64,000 nucleotides of DNA from the NCBI GenBank assembly GCA_964016885.1, contig OZ024745.1, positions 70,990,001 to 71,054,000 of the forward strand, written 5' to 3'. Source of the stretch: Eledone cirrhosa. Taxonomy: Eukaryota. Each line of letters starts with the position of its first letter. The first letter of the stretch is position 1. Shown here piece after piece: positions 40,053-57,850 of this stretch. Below the pieces are notes generated by a model. It had not been told where the DNA came from. It searched no databases and was given only the letters and a program-made list of their open reading frames with translations. The position numbers and the translations under genes are program-made.

Positions 40053-40759
40053 GTGTGTATGTGTGTATATATATATATATATGTATGTGTATAAACGTAA
40101 GTATGTGTGTATATATGTAGAGTAACATACATGTAAACTACAAAACGACACACTCAGTATAGAATCTATGTTTCCACGATCCTCGAAACTGTTGAAATTT
40201 TTTTTTTTGCCAGTGGAAGAAACAAAAGCCCAGAAAACATAAACATCTGTGTTATAATACAAGAAATATTTTTCTTTACATTGAAATTTATGTAAAAACA
40301 ACAATATGTTAATATGTTGATATATATTCTTCATTAATTGTTTACGTTTTTGCGTGGTGAAATTTGTTAACATTCTTTGTTGATGTTATGTTGACATTTA
40401 TGTTGTTACGATGTTCAGATATCATAATACAGATCTTCCTTGAGAAACCTTCATTTTATATAAACATACATATATTCATACATTCATATATGTGTGTATC
40501 TCTGTGTGTGTCATTGTGATAGGCGTGTTTCTGTGAAATGAGATGTATATATTAACTAAATTAGGTACGAGGTAGGTATATATGACATCAATACAATGTG
40601 GTATTGAAGTAACTGTGGTATAAGCTAGCTTTCGTATAAACTAGCTGTTATAAAATTATATTAATTACTAATCAAGATGTTTGTAAGTATGTATATATGT
40701 ATATAGCTTGAGCAGGATACATAAAAACTGAGTAGGGTGTAAAAATACATGCTATAGAT

Positions 40760-41215
40760 TAATGCCGTCACTGCTGATGGATAGGTTATATAGTACATGG
40801 TACAGTAGCAATGAGGCAAGAATAGGATATGAGGTACATGTTACACCAACATTGCTACTTAATAGTGACGCCACTACTGAATAGAGATGTACATATTGAC
40901 AGTGATGTTGCTACTGAATCGAGGTACAGTTTACCAGGTCGTTGCTACTGAATTGAGAGATATACGTTTTAGTGACGTTGGTAGTTAATAGAGGTAAACG
41001 TCTACTTAATAGAGGTACACTTTAGAATGACGTTGCTACTTAATAAAGTTAAACGTTACAGTGACGTTGCTACTTAATAGAGGTACACGTTAGAGTGACG
41101 TTGCTACTTAATAAAGGTAAACGTTACAGTGATGTTGCTACTTAATGGAGGTACACGTTAGAGTGACAGAAGTACGCGTTAGAGTGATGTTTCTGAGTAC
41201 AATACGTGTTATAGT
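40760..41215. repeat. 34-bp minisatellite (about a dozen diverged units)
   Basis: Unit gtgacgttgctacttaatagaggtacacgttaga, best conserved at 41030-41170. Confidence 0.85.
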
Positions 41216-41661
41216 AATATTGGTACCATGTAAAATAGGTGATGTTTGAAATATTAATAATTGTTATTATTATTATAATTACTGCCACTTTACAAGATCA
41301 TGTTACAATTGAAAAGTGGGGTTAAATTCAAGATCATAGATTAGTTCGACTGATAGAGAAAGGTATGGCATGTTATTATTTGAATATATTTGAATAGATG
41401 AGCAAGTGAAACCAAAGCGGAAAACATTTGACCAAAGAATTTTGAAACCAAATCCAAAAAAGACTGTGATAAGTGAAAACACCAACAAAATATAAAAGAA
41501 CTCACTGTAAAATACATTCCCTGGTTTGTCTCAAACTGCAAGAAATATTTGTGATATAACAAATATAAAGATAGAGCTTAGTAAGATCTTTCTAGTGTTT
41601 TACATACAACATAGGATATGGGGTGTTAATAATGATGCTGGTGATGTGATGTTGATGATGA

Positions 41662-41702
<41 letters not shown>

Positions 41703-42179
41703 GCTAAGATTTTAATGTACACATTTTTAGCACTATAAGTACACAAATTTGATACAGGGAGAGAAGAACAAGCCCCCACCCCCACTAATAATGTGACATA
41801 TACTTTTCAGCTTCAAATCAGGAAACAAAATGAGATAGGGTCCAGATGCTTGATACCAAAATAAGCTAAAAGTAGGCATTTGTTCACATATAGGACGAAA
41901 GTTTGACTGAATCTACGTTCCTAAATAGACATTCCCAAGTGAAAATATTTAACATTCCAGGAATATACTTACATAGTATAACTATCTGACTTCGAAGTGT
42001 ATTTAGAGAGAGAATTCTAAAAAATTATGGTTTCTAAGCCATTACTAAACACTCCTATATAGGTAATTTTTCTATACTTTAATCTTAGATGATTTAGTAA
42101 GGTTTACCATGGATGTGGAAGTGTGTGTGAAGTTTCAGAAAATACCTCCACTCGTCATATCTGTTACCACTGCCATTAT

Positions 42180-42280
<101 letters not shown>

Positions 42281-43181
42281 CGATACAGCAATGCATTTAG
42301 GAAGGCGAACTTACTGATTCAGGGAAAAATATGCCATCATAAAAACAACTGTAATTAGGATAAATTATAGAAATAATAATGATAATGATAATGTTTTCTT
42401 TATATTAAGAGGATAATAAGGACGGTACAGGACGATACAGTGTGTGTGTTTCATAAAGAAGATTAAAAAATATACATTTAATAATAACACATAATACATT
42501 CCCCGAGGGTCACTCATGGAGAAAGCCCACAAAAGGTGATAGAAGAGGTATGGTTGAAATAAAATTATGATATATGTATATGTATTTCCCACATATATTG
42601 CAATATAAACGAGGCATTAGATTTCCTAATTATTATTATTGTACATCTTTCAACCTTTGACATGTTATTATTACTATGACATAGTATAATGGTGCATAGT
42701 CATAGTAATACCATTAATGTCACAACTACTGCCACAAAAATTCCTTGTATGATTTTTTTCGGTGGGGGTGGGGGTGTTAAACTGTTGCCATTAGTAATAT
42801 TAAAATATGTTAGTGTCTCAATCGATAAACATTTACAAGCTTATATAAGAAGATGAGAGAAATTAGTTCCCCTGTATATATTTGAAAAAAAGTTACATAT
42901 ACATACATATATGTATATGTGTATATATATATATATATGGTATTTGTAATCCTACTAATGACTTGACTCGGTATGTCTATTTAAGTAACCAAACGATAGT
43001 CACTTCTAAGAAGTTCTCAGACAGGTTGATGTTGATGATGATATAATAATAACGATTAAATCACATGCCGCATATTCTATATAACAGACAGACAAAACAC
43101 TGAAGAATCAACAAAACAAACATGAAGATCTAAGTAAAACAAATTAACACACACACACACACACGCATATATGTATATGTA

Positions 43182-43244
<63 letters not shown>

Positions 43245-43594
43245 ATATACTTCTTCACAGACACATGGACATATATACACACACATGTGCAGACATACAC
43301 ACACATGTGCAGACATACACACACACACACACACACGACGACAGACACAAATATATATATATACACACTCACCGACACAGATACAGACACACAAAAAAGC
43401 ATATACACACACGCGGTGTTGCATACAGAGGTTCACATTAAACTGTTGGCAACTTCATTATTATGATGATGATGATGATGATGATGACCATGATCATGAT
43501 GATGATGATCATCATCATCATCATGATTATACACAACAGCCTCTGTAGTACCAAGAACATTTGTAACTACACCACTACCCTTCTATGGTAGTTA

Positions 43595-44090
43595 ATGACA
43601 ACTACAACAATATCACCTACCATAGCACCAACATCACCAACAATAGCAATAACACCTACAATGACAACAATAACTAACAACAATAAATACAACAACAATA
43701 CCAACAACAATATCATTGTCAACAAAACCAACATCACCAACAACAATAATACCAGCAACATCACCAACTACAACAATAACATCTACAACAACATCACTAA
43801 CAACAATAACACCAACAACATCACCAATAACATCAACTCCAACAACATCGCCAACAACAATAACAACATCACCAACAACAATAACACCAACAACATCACC
43901 AACAACATCAACTCCAACAATATTACCAACAACAATAACAAGATCGCCAACAACAATAACAACATCACCAACAACAACAATAACATCACCAATAAAAGTA
44001 GCATCAACAACAACAACAACACCCCTAAGAACAAAAGCAACCACATTAAAAACAACATCAACACCAACAACATCACCAATAGTAACAACC
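43595..44090. repeat. Degenerate (AAC)n-based higher-order tandem repeat
   Basis: Recurrent aacatcaccaacaacaataac units. Confidence 0.85.
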
Positions 44091-44305
44091 TGCTGATAAC
44101 TTCTAGCACCTCTATCAATCAGTCAAATCTTCCATTTAGTCCTTGATATTCATACAAAAGGACAATGAGATGATCAACGCTGAAGTGTATTTTATCATAA
44201 GTCTGTTCATTTAGGTCTAAGCTAGGGTTAAACAACAACAGTGTTATACCTAGAACAATATCACTAACAACCAGTCTTTTTCTATCGATCTGTACTATCC
44301 ACACG

Positions 44306-44370
<65 letters not shown>

Positions 44371-44959
44371 GCACTACTACTAATACTCAGTTAACCTTGC
44401 ATTGACAAAATGCCACCAATCTATCAGTTTTATGATGAAAGCTAAGGAAAACAACCCTCTGTGCTTCACATGGGGTGATCCGTATGCTCAGATTTAAAGC
44501 ATAACCATTCTTTAAACATACATTGTAATCAATTATTTGTTGAACACAGTTATTATAAGTTAACGGCTAATGCACTAAATGCCCTACACAAAAGAAATTT
44601 CCAATTAAAATTTCCCTTGATTAAAAAATTCCAATTCAGATTTTTTTCTCTTCTTTTAGCTTATAGCCTTCACTACAGCATCTCTCAACTTATTTATCCA
44701 AATTTATTTATTCTTACAATTGGCCCATTTCAATTACTTAATATGAACGTTTTGGGCACAACATGACTAAATGAAGTTTGCTTCGCAATCATAAAGTCCC
44801 ATATTAGTATTAAGGTAGCACAGAGATCTCCTTCTCTGGAAGAAATCTGCTGTATTCAGACCTGGAGAGGTTTACAAATGTCCTAGAAACAACGTCAATA
44901 CGGTGCCCCTACGACTCCTGCAGGAGTTACGGGACTAAAGGAAAAAAAGGTATACTGAT

Positions 44960-45525
44960 GCAATCGACTTCTTAGCAGCATTAAGTTACTTCTGTTTTAA
45001 GTTTGTGAGTTCAAATCCCACCGAGCTCACCTTTGCTTTTTATCCTTCTAGGGATCAATAAAATAAAGTATCAGTTTGACACTGAGATTAATTTCAGCAT
45101 CTGATTCTCCCCTAAGTTACACTCTGGACCTAACTTAGAAACCCTTATTAATATTATTAGTTTAAATCCTGCCAAGGTTAACTTTGCCTTTCATCATTCC
45201 TTAGTCGATAAAACAAAATACCAGTCAGGTGCTAGAGCTAATTCAATCGACTTTCTCCTCCCTCCAAGTTGCTGACCTTGTGCTTAAATTATCATTATTA
45301 TTATTATTACTTTTATTATTATTATTATTATGACAGAATCATTGAAGCAGATACAAAATTATTTGTGGCATTTAGTTATGAATTTCTAGATTCTGAGTTC
45401 AAATTCCGTCGAAGTCAACTTTCACTGTCATCCTTACCAAGATCAGTAAAATATAGTACCAGTTATGTAATCAAATTGCCCTTCCCTCAAATTGTTGGCC
45501 TTGCGTCAAAATTAGAAATTATTAT
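44960..45525 (+). mobile_element. Three tandem partial SINE copies (60594 family)
   Basis: Repeated aaatccc/t...ctttgc(c)ttt...taaaataaagta blocks separated by (TTA)-rich tails. Confidence 0.75.
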
Positions 45526-46439
45526 TAATATTATTATAGTTCTTATTATTAGAAGATGAAAAAGAACAGTGACCAAATGGGTAAGATTAACTTGCATAAA
45601 TGTTTGTAGTTTAACTGCAGATATAGTATCTTATATCCTAGAACAAGTCTCTTAGCGGTTTAGGATTTAGTAAGAAATCATCAACATCACAATCGGCATC
45701 ACAAGAATATTGTGGAAGATGGTATGGTGGTATAAAGTTAAATATTTGTTAGTAAACTGAAGTCAGTTTTGGGGTTACAATCTTTGAAGTCACTTTATTT
45801 TCAGTAATTTATTTAGAACAGAATGAACATCTCAACTTCTGATGTCTTGTAATGACTATGTATAAGAAACCATCACTAACACCTTCCACCTCTTCATCGA
45901 AAAATCATCATCATTGTTGTTGTCGTCATTATCTTCATCATTATTATCTTTTATTGTTATTGTTGTTGTTGTTGTTGTTGTTGCTATTGTTGGTTTTTCT
46001 TCAAACTACATTTTAGGATTTATTTAGCAAATATTTTAAAATAAATTACAGGAATTTTATCCAATAATAAATACAAACACCATCTTTTCTAATTAAAATA
46101 AGCTGCTGTGTTTGCTTACAAATATTTGTTTTCCATTACATAAAAGACTAGTAATGGAATAAATACTAATATAATCACAAAGTCTAGTCATAGAACATAA
46201 CCGTTTTCATAGATGACTATTTCTAGAACAAACACTAATATTGTAATACCTGGCATCGAAGGCTAATCCTTGATAAACACTAATACCGTAATATCTTACA
46301 CAAAAGTCTAATCATAGAACAGACATTAATTTCATAAAACCTTACATACAATACTATTGCCAGAGCCACCACTAACATCATATCTTACATACAAGATTAT
46401 TCCCAGAATAAACATTATTATTATGACATATTATTACAA

Positions 46440-46658
46440 GGCGGTAGATTGGCAGTATCGATAAAGCATCTGACAACATGCTTTGTGGCATATTGTTATG
46501 GCCCTTTATGTTCTGAGTTCAAATCCCGCCAAGGTTAGCTTTGCCTTTTATCCTTACAGAGTCGATAAAATAAAGTATCAGTAACACACTGAGATCGATT
46601 TAATCGACATTTCCCTTCCATTCAAATTTCTGGCCTTGTGCCAAAAGTAGAAACAATT
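46440..46658 (+). mobile_element. SINE, same family as 60594
   Basis: Full-length match, ending ggccttgtgccaaaagtagaaac. Confidence 0.85.
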
Positions 46659-47245
46659 ATTATAATACATTATATAGAAGACTAGCCATAGACCCAACAC
46701 TATTATATTTCAGATAGAAGTCTATCATAGAAGAAACACTAATATTATGATAACTTACGTGGAGGACTATTGCCAGAATAAACACAAATATCATTAAACC
46801 TTCCATAGAAGACTATTTAAATAAAAAAAGACATATATTTAGGACAAAGCGTAGCTTCATAATTCTTAAGTAACACTAAAGGAAAATAGTTCATTTACAT
46901 GAAGTGACTGCTTTTAATGAATAAATAAATAATACTAGAAAAACACAAAAATCAAAAGATCTATTTCAATATCAGCATGCAAACATTATAAAATATAATT
47001 TGATATATATAACACTGACCGTTACATGTATATTCATGTATATATAATAATTGTTATTTATACATATGCATGTATATATATATATATATAAATACATATA
47101 TATCAGTCAAAATGAATTTTTAATTAAACTTAAATTTACATACATTTACATCTTCCTTTTCCTTTGTTATTTTTTAAGGGAAACTGATAAATTCGTTTAC
47201 ATTATTAATCCATTTAATTTCAAACAGAACATTTTAGATCTTAAA

Positions 47246-47317
<72 letters not shown>

Positions 47318-47801
47318 CATGTAGTCTTAACCAGCTGAAATAAAGCTGACATTTACTTTTTGGTTTATAATCGGAAACATTTTTCAAATAAAAACTGCTA
47401 ATCAATTATTTGTATTATTATTATTTAAATGATATCTAAATATATAATTATTCGTGGAAGCATTAACTAATAAAGATATTTTCCATAAAGAAACAAATTA
47501 AATAAACGTACATTCACAAGTAAACTCCACAATTCAAGAAACCTGTATTTATTTAAAAGAGTCCCAAATAGATATTAAATGTTAATAGATATTATGTTTT
47601 TATACTAGTTAAAAATTATGAAATAAATTTAGTAGTTGAAAAACATATCTTTTTAAACTGTTACAAATAGTTTTAAATATATTGTAATTTTTTTTTAATA
47701 TAACACTTATTTTTAAATTTAAATTTAATTAAAATAAAATTATTAAAAGATTGATATATTAAGTGTAGATGTAATTTATATATAATTTATATATATATAT
47801 A

Positions 47802-47889
<88 letters not shown>

Positions 47890-47927
47890 TATATATATAT
47901 ATATATATGAACATATATATATATATG

Positions 47928-48003
<76 letters not shown>

Positions 48004-48017
48004 ATACATATATATTC

Positions 48018-48050
<33 letters not shown>

Positions 48051-48051
48051 C

Positions 48052-48099
<48 letters not shown>

Positions 48100-48532
48100 G
48101 ATGTTACTAGTTATAATCATTATTCAATTTATTAATAAATACTTTATTTAAATTAGCGTTTAGTTATCATTCAGTACATGTAAGCCATTTGGTCCAGCTT
48201 AAACTCTTCCAATGTAATATATAATTATTTCTAAGAATTTCTGATGGGACTCAATGTTAAAATAAAGGTTTCTTGAGTTAGAGCTCACCTAAAAAACAAG
48301 GGAAATAATATACAAATAATTTTTTTAATGATTATGTGAAATATTGCAAACACACAAGCTGGAATCATACAAATAAAGTGCTTCTGCACTGTTTACACGG
48401 GGTTTAATTTAGATAATAGCAATAGGACAAGCATCATATGCAGTTTATTGAGAAGTAGATAAAAACACAAAATATTTATATATACACCCACCCACACGCA
48501 CACACATATATATATATATATAGATATATATA

Positions 48533-48571
<39 letters not shown>

Positions 48572-48608
48572 TGTATATATATATACATATATACATATAT
48601 ATATTATG

Positions 48609-48653
<45 letters not shown>

Positions 48654-48795
48654 ATATGAATATATATATATACATATACGGCTACGCATGTGTATGTATA
48701 TATGGATATATATATATATGCATATATTTGCATGTGTATATATATATAAATGTATATATATGTATATATGTGTATGTATATATATATATATATAC

Positions 48796-48828
<33 letters not shown>

Positions 48829-49227
48829 GGGGGGGGGGGCAAGTTGCCGTGAAATAAATCTTCAAAAACTAATAAAGCCCAGTAATATCAGTAATATGTT
48901 TCTGAAAAAGAAAAGCTAGCTACAAAATTCCTTGCTCCCTTTCATTCAAAGTAACCGCTAGTCTCTGACAAATATGAATGTGTTGATATTAAGAAATAAA
49001 TTTATTACACTCACACAATAATGAAGTGTATTTAATGGCAATAGCAAAAGATCGAATAGTACTGTAATAACTATAATAATAATGATAATGATAATTATAA
49101 TAAAAGTGAAAAAATTATTCTTGACATAATTCTATTAAAATATACAAAAATTTAAAAAAATAATTACATATGAAACTAAATAGATAAAGTTATTTTTAAG
49201 CATCTATACATACATATACACACCCAC

Positions 49228-49284
<57 letters not shown>

Positions 49285-49336
49285 AATACGTAAATATATG
49301 TATACCTCCATATATATATATATATATATAAATATT

Positions 49337-49410
<74 letters not shown>

Positions 49411-49970
49411 AACATACACACTTACATACAGATGCATCTGAAGTAAAACACTTCCTCCGTTTCAATGATGAGTATTCCAACGGGCTACCTGATCATTGAA
49501 TTATACTGCAAGTGGCTGAATATTCCACAAACAGGTGTACCCATAACATAATTCTCAGGCAAAATCTACGTGACACAGTTTGTGACAATGCTGAACTCTT
49601 GAGTTACGGGAACAGCTCCCATATAATTTCCATCAAGCCAGTTTCACTCACAAAGTTTGAATGAACATAGGGCTATGGTGAAAAATACTAGTGTAAAGTG
49701 TCACACTCTGTGATCGATACCAGAACGTCATGAGTGTGAAGCAAGCCTCTTAACCACGGGACCATTCCTGCATCCATCATATACATGTATACCTTTATAC
49801 AATATACTCATACATATGTGATGTATGAGTATTTTACTCACTTATAGATGTAGATATAAGCAAAATCTGCAAAAATCATTCCATATATAATAACTATATA
49901 CGCATCATCAAATATGCATGCTTTAAATATACACACCTTTATAAGACAGACACATACATACAAACAATTA

Positions 49971-50001
<31 letters not shown>

Positions 50002-50643
50002 GTATATACATGTATGTATGTATTTCTGTATATGCGCATATATATGTATATATATGTGCATGTTCATATATGTATGTGTATATATATATATATAGATATA
50101 GATATATACACACACATGTATGCTAAAGAAAAAGACATACCTAATGGTATATGATAACTATATCTCAAAGGCCTTTATAAACAAATGTGTAAGTGTATAT
50201 GCACACCATATAATATCTACATATACACATGTATATACATGTATATATATATATGTATAATTTTATATGTGTCAATACACCGATATATTCATATACACAC
50301 ATAAATAGTCATATAAATACACACATCAATCCATCCATACTAATACACGTATATAAGTTGTGACATATAGGTATTTACAATCATATATACATGCGCATAT
50401 CAAAGTATATGCAGTGATATGTGTCATTATTTAAATACTCATTTTTATAAATACACATATATAATTATGTACCTATGCATCTACAAATATGTACATGTTT
50501 ATGTATATATATATGCATTTATAAATATATAAATATATGTATGCATATATATATAGATGCACATATATATATATATATAAGCACATATATATATATGCTT
50601 ATATATATATATGCATATATATATATATGCATATATATATATA

Positions 50644-50736
<93 letters not shown>

Positions 50737-51203
50737 ATATGCAGATGATTGTACATGTATGTGTCTGTTTATATGTATATATACAAATATATATATAGCA
50801 ACATGACATAACATATAGCTTAAATTTCTTTAACACACCAATGGAAAATACAGCAAAAAACATCATTTCATAATCCAATGCATATTTAATACAACAATAA
50901 ATTAAGTAATCGATTTTCTTTTTTCTCTTTTTTTCATCATCGTTTATTGATGATCAAATTATTATAGATTATCTCATGTATACCTTACTTTCAAGTTAGA
51001 GTTAGAGTTACTTTATGATAAAGTAGATAGAATCTACATACATTTCGCTCTATATACATTCCGCTACTGATACACTAACAGTAGGAATCTTAAGCATACC
51101 ACTTTGATTTTCATTAATTAAAATAATATATTATAAAATAATAGATAGATTTAAAATGAATTTTTTTTTCATTTGGATTTTTTTTATTCTTATACCTTAT
51201 GGG

Positions 51204-51396
51204 CAGGGCTTTTATCAGTATATCTGCCCTCGAGGACGGCCCAGAGAGTGAAAAAGAGGTCTGTGAATATCTGAAACCGTACCCCTCCAAAAATAAAACT
51301 GTCTGAGTTTTGTAAGGAGCTTCCACACCTGCCTCCACCCTCTGGGGCCCAAATGCAGTTATGTTCTGCCTTGGAAAATTTCTCTGGTAGGCCCTG
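51204..51396. mobile_element. hAT-type MITE
   Basis: Termini cagggc...gccctg. Exact 8-bp TSD cttatggg at 51196-51203 and 51397-51404. Confidence 0.8.
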
Positions 51397-51654
51397 CTTA
51401 TGGGTAACATAATAAAACTTTAGTTGATATCAAACAGCCTGATAATAAACAACCCTGACTATATAATATATTATATATTATAAGCTAAAACATTTACCAC
51501 ACAACAACCTGCTGTATAGCTTCTAATAAAAAATATTTCTTTTATATATATATCAGGGTCAATTAATAAAACAACATTTATGTGTAGATTTAATTATATT
51601 TTCTTCCTTTTTTTATTATCAAATGAATTATATTATTACCATTATTATTGTTAC

Positions 51655-51689
<35 letters not shown>

Positions 51690-51882
51690 CTTCTCTGGAA
51701 TTTTAATCTCTTTTATAGTCTTTCTTTCAATTCCATTCTTACATTCCTACTTTTTCTCGCAAAATTCTACATTCTCTTTCTCTTTCTCTTTCTCTTTCTC
51801 TTTTTCTCCTTCTCTCTCTGTCTATCTATCTATCTCTCTCTCTATCTCTCTATCTATCAATCTCTTCCTATCTAACTATCTC

Positions 51883-51959
<77 letters not shown>

Positions 51960-52981
51960 AAGGTTAGTCACCTTGAGCGTGTTTCAATTCTTTCAACACT
52001 TCAACCACAGTTACACATTAACATAGCTTTTATTTCTCTGTTTATTAAATTTCTCTTTTATTATTATTATCATTATTATCATTATTGTTGTTATTATTAT
52101 CATAATTATTATTATTTTTCTATTTTTCAATTTTTTCAAAATAACATTCCATGCAATATTTATTCTTTGTTTCTAATTGAAAAGCTTTCCCAATGATACT
52201 GTTATTAACCTTTTTTCTATTTCCCTTACATTGTAACTATGCTAGAGAAAAATGAAACAGAATTTGAAACAATTTAAAAGAATTTGTTATTTTTCTTTTT
52301 TGAATAGCAAAGCAAACCAAAGCCCCCTAAAAACAAAAAAAAAACAAGAACAACAAGAAAAAAATCATTAAAAAAAAACAAACAAAAATCTCCAAATTAT
52401 TTTTTTCTAAGAAACCAATTCTTTGTTTTCATAATTTTTTTTTTAAGAAAAAGGTCTAATATTTTCAATGATGCAAAATAAATTCCAAACCAATGTAAAC
52501 TTTCTTATTTAAAACATTATTGTTAATCATATGTACCAAAGTTCTACCAATTTTGTATTAGTTTATATATATATATATATAAATAAATATATATATAATT
52601 AATTATGCATAAACTTCTACCAGTAAGTGCCCTCAGAAACAGTAAACTAAAACCTTTATGGAAAAAAAGAATTTAAAAATGAAATGCAAGTGGATAGAGA
52701 AAAATATGATTACACACATTTGAAAAAAAATTGAAAAAATGAATTTGAAGTCTACAAAAATTCGTGAGATAATATTTATTTAGACTACTTCAGATAACGA
52801 CAGAAATTAAACAAAATTCTGTTGTTTTTTAAACCCATGTGAAAGCTAAAGAAATCAACGTATCTGGAAGTTGTCTAAAACAAAACTGTAGGTAAACACA
52901 AGTTGGTTGAAACGAAAGATCCTACTATTTGGTATATTATTGCAAAACATTCTTCATACATACTTATATATACACATACAT

Positions 52982-53062
<81 letters not shown>

Positions 53063-53065
53063 TAC

Positions 53066-53147
<82 letters not shown>

Positions 53148-53585
53148 TTATTTATATATATTGTGTATGTATATATATGTGTAAATTAATGTACAGTTAA
53201 AATATTATTTGAGAAGTATACCAATCAAATGAGCTGTGCATACACAGACATACAGATACATAAGAATGCTCACATATATATACATGCACATACAGAGAAA
53301 GCACATGTGTTTCTTATATGTACATGGAAATTAACGCATTCATGTACAGTTGCATATACAGGAAATAGAATATTCACAGAGTGATATATTTACAATTTGC
53401 ACACATACACACATACACACATAATCACACACACACCCAAAAACTCACACACATACATACATGCGCACACATACAACTTTTACAGTTCTTTTTCAGCAAA
53501 TAGATTTTATTAATTTTCAATATATACGATGATGACTTATTTCCAGTTATATATACACAACTGAGTGTCTATAAAGAAATGGAGT

Positions 53586-53640
<55 letters not shown>

Positions 53641-53940
53641 ACGCATATATATGCATGTGCATATATATATAATGTTTGCTGTTAAATCCTGAATGTTTAC
53701 TTCAAAGCTACCCGTTTCTGAAACAGATTGTTTTGAAAAGCTGGTAACTTGGACGACACTTTCAAGTAAATACACACTAATACAATTAATACAATTAATG
53801 ACAGATATTACATTGATTGGATAAACAGTATACAAACCCTTCATTCAGTGCATGTTTAATGTGTTTAAGATGCAAATATATTCTCACCTATATATATATA
53901 TATATATACACATGATATATATGTATATATATATGTGTGT

Positions 53941-54048
<108 letters not shown>

Positions 54049-54318
54049 GTGCGTATATGTATTCTGAAGCATTTATCTTCAGAAAGTGAAACTTCTCAAG
54101 ATAGATGATGAATGAGGCATGGATGTGCAAATGAAAATATGAGTGTGAGTGTGAAAGTGAGTATAAGTATAGTTATGAGTGTGAGTGTGAACATGAAATC
54201 TGAGTGATTAAATTTGTTTGTCTCCAGATGATTTCTTCTGTCAAATATTTCTGGTATAATGTCACTTGATGATAGAATCTGCTGGACAATAGACAATGGA
54301 CTGCCAAATTCCACTCTA

Positions 54319-54396
<78 letters not shown>

Positions 54397-54397
54397 T

Positions 54398-54440
<43 letters not shown>

Positions 54441-54441
54441 T

Positions 54442-54491
<50 letters not shown>

Positions 54492-54521
54492 GTGTGTGTG
54501 TGTGTGAGTGTGTGTGCGTGT

Positions 54522-54563
<42 letters not shown>

Positions 54564-54721
54564 ATATATACACGAATATATAGGCATGTATATAAGTGCA
54601 TATGTCTATATATATTTCCATGTGTGTCTATGTATGTAGCGTGTTGTGTTGCATGGGAGGACAAGTGGGGGAAAATAAATATTTAGACATTAGTCACCTA
54701 TAGCATACAAATGTATGCATG

Positions 54722-54848
<127 letters not shown>

Positions 54849-55288
54849 ATATACTCGGTAATATCCATAAATCACAGCTGGTTTATAAAACCATTATACA
54901 GTCAGTGTACAAGGCTGTCCACTCAAGAACTGATGTATGCAAATATACTGTTTAGTCATAAATATTTTGATGAAAAGTCCTTTATTGCTGGTTGACATTA
55001 AATAAAACCATGCTTCCATGGATAGTGATATGTACAAATATAAATAATAATATTGATGAAGATGATGAATTTGATGACCATAATGATGATGACGATGGTC
55101 AAGCCTATGATCGTGATGCTAATGATGATAATAAGGAAGGTGATGACCAATATTGATGAGGATGATAATGTTGATGATGATATTAATGATGATGAGGAAG
55201 GAGAGAGGGGGGAAATGAGGTGAAGGAAGATGAGGTTGATGATACATATATTTTATTATACACACATACACACACACTCAAACACACA

Positions 55289-57850
<2,562 letters not shown>

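Noticed and set aside
40760-41215. Possible CRISPR array
   Set aside because: The units are contiguous with no unique spacers, there are no cas genes, and the context is eukaryotic.
43595-44146. Asn-rich or mucin-like Thr/Pro-rich ORFs
   Set aside because: An (AAC)n-derived repeat is open in several frames on both strands. There is no splice or domain support.
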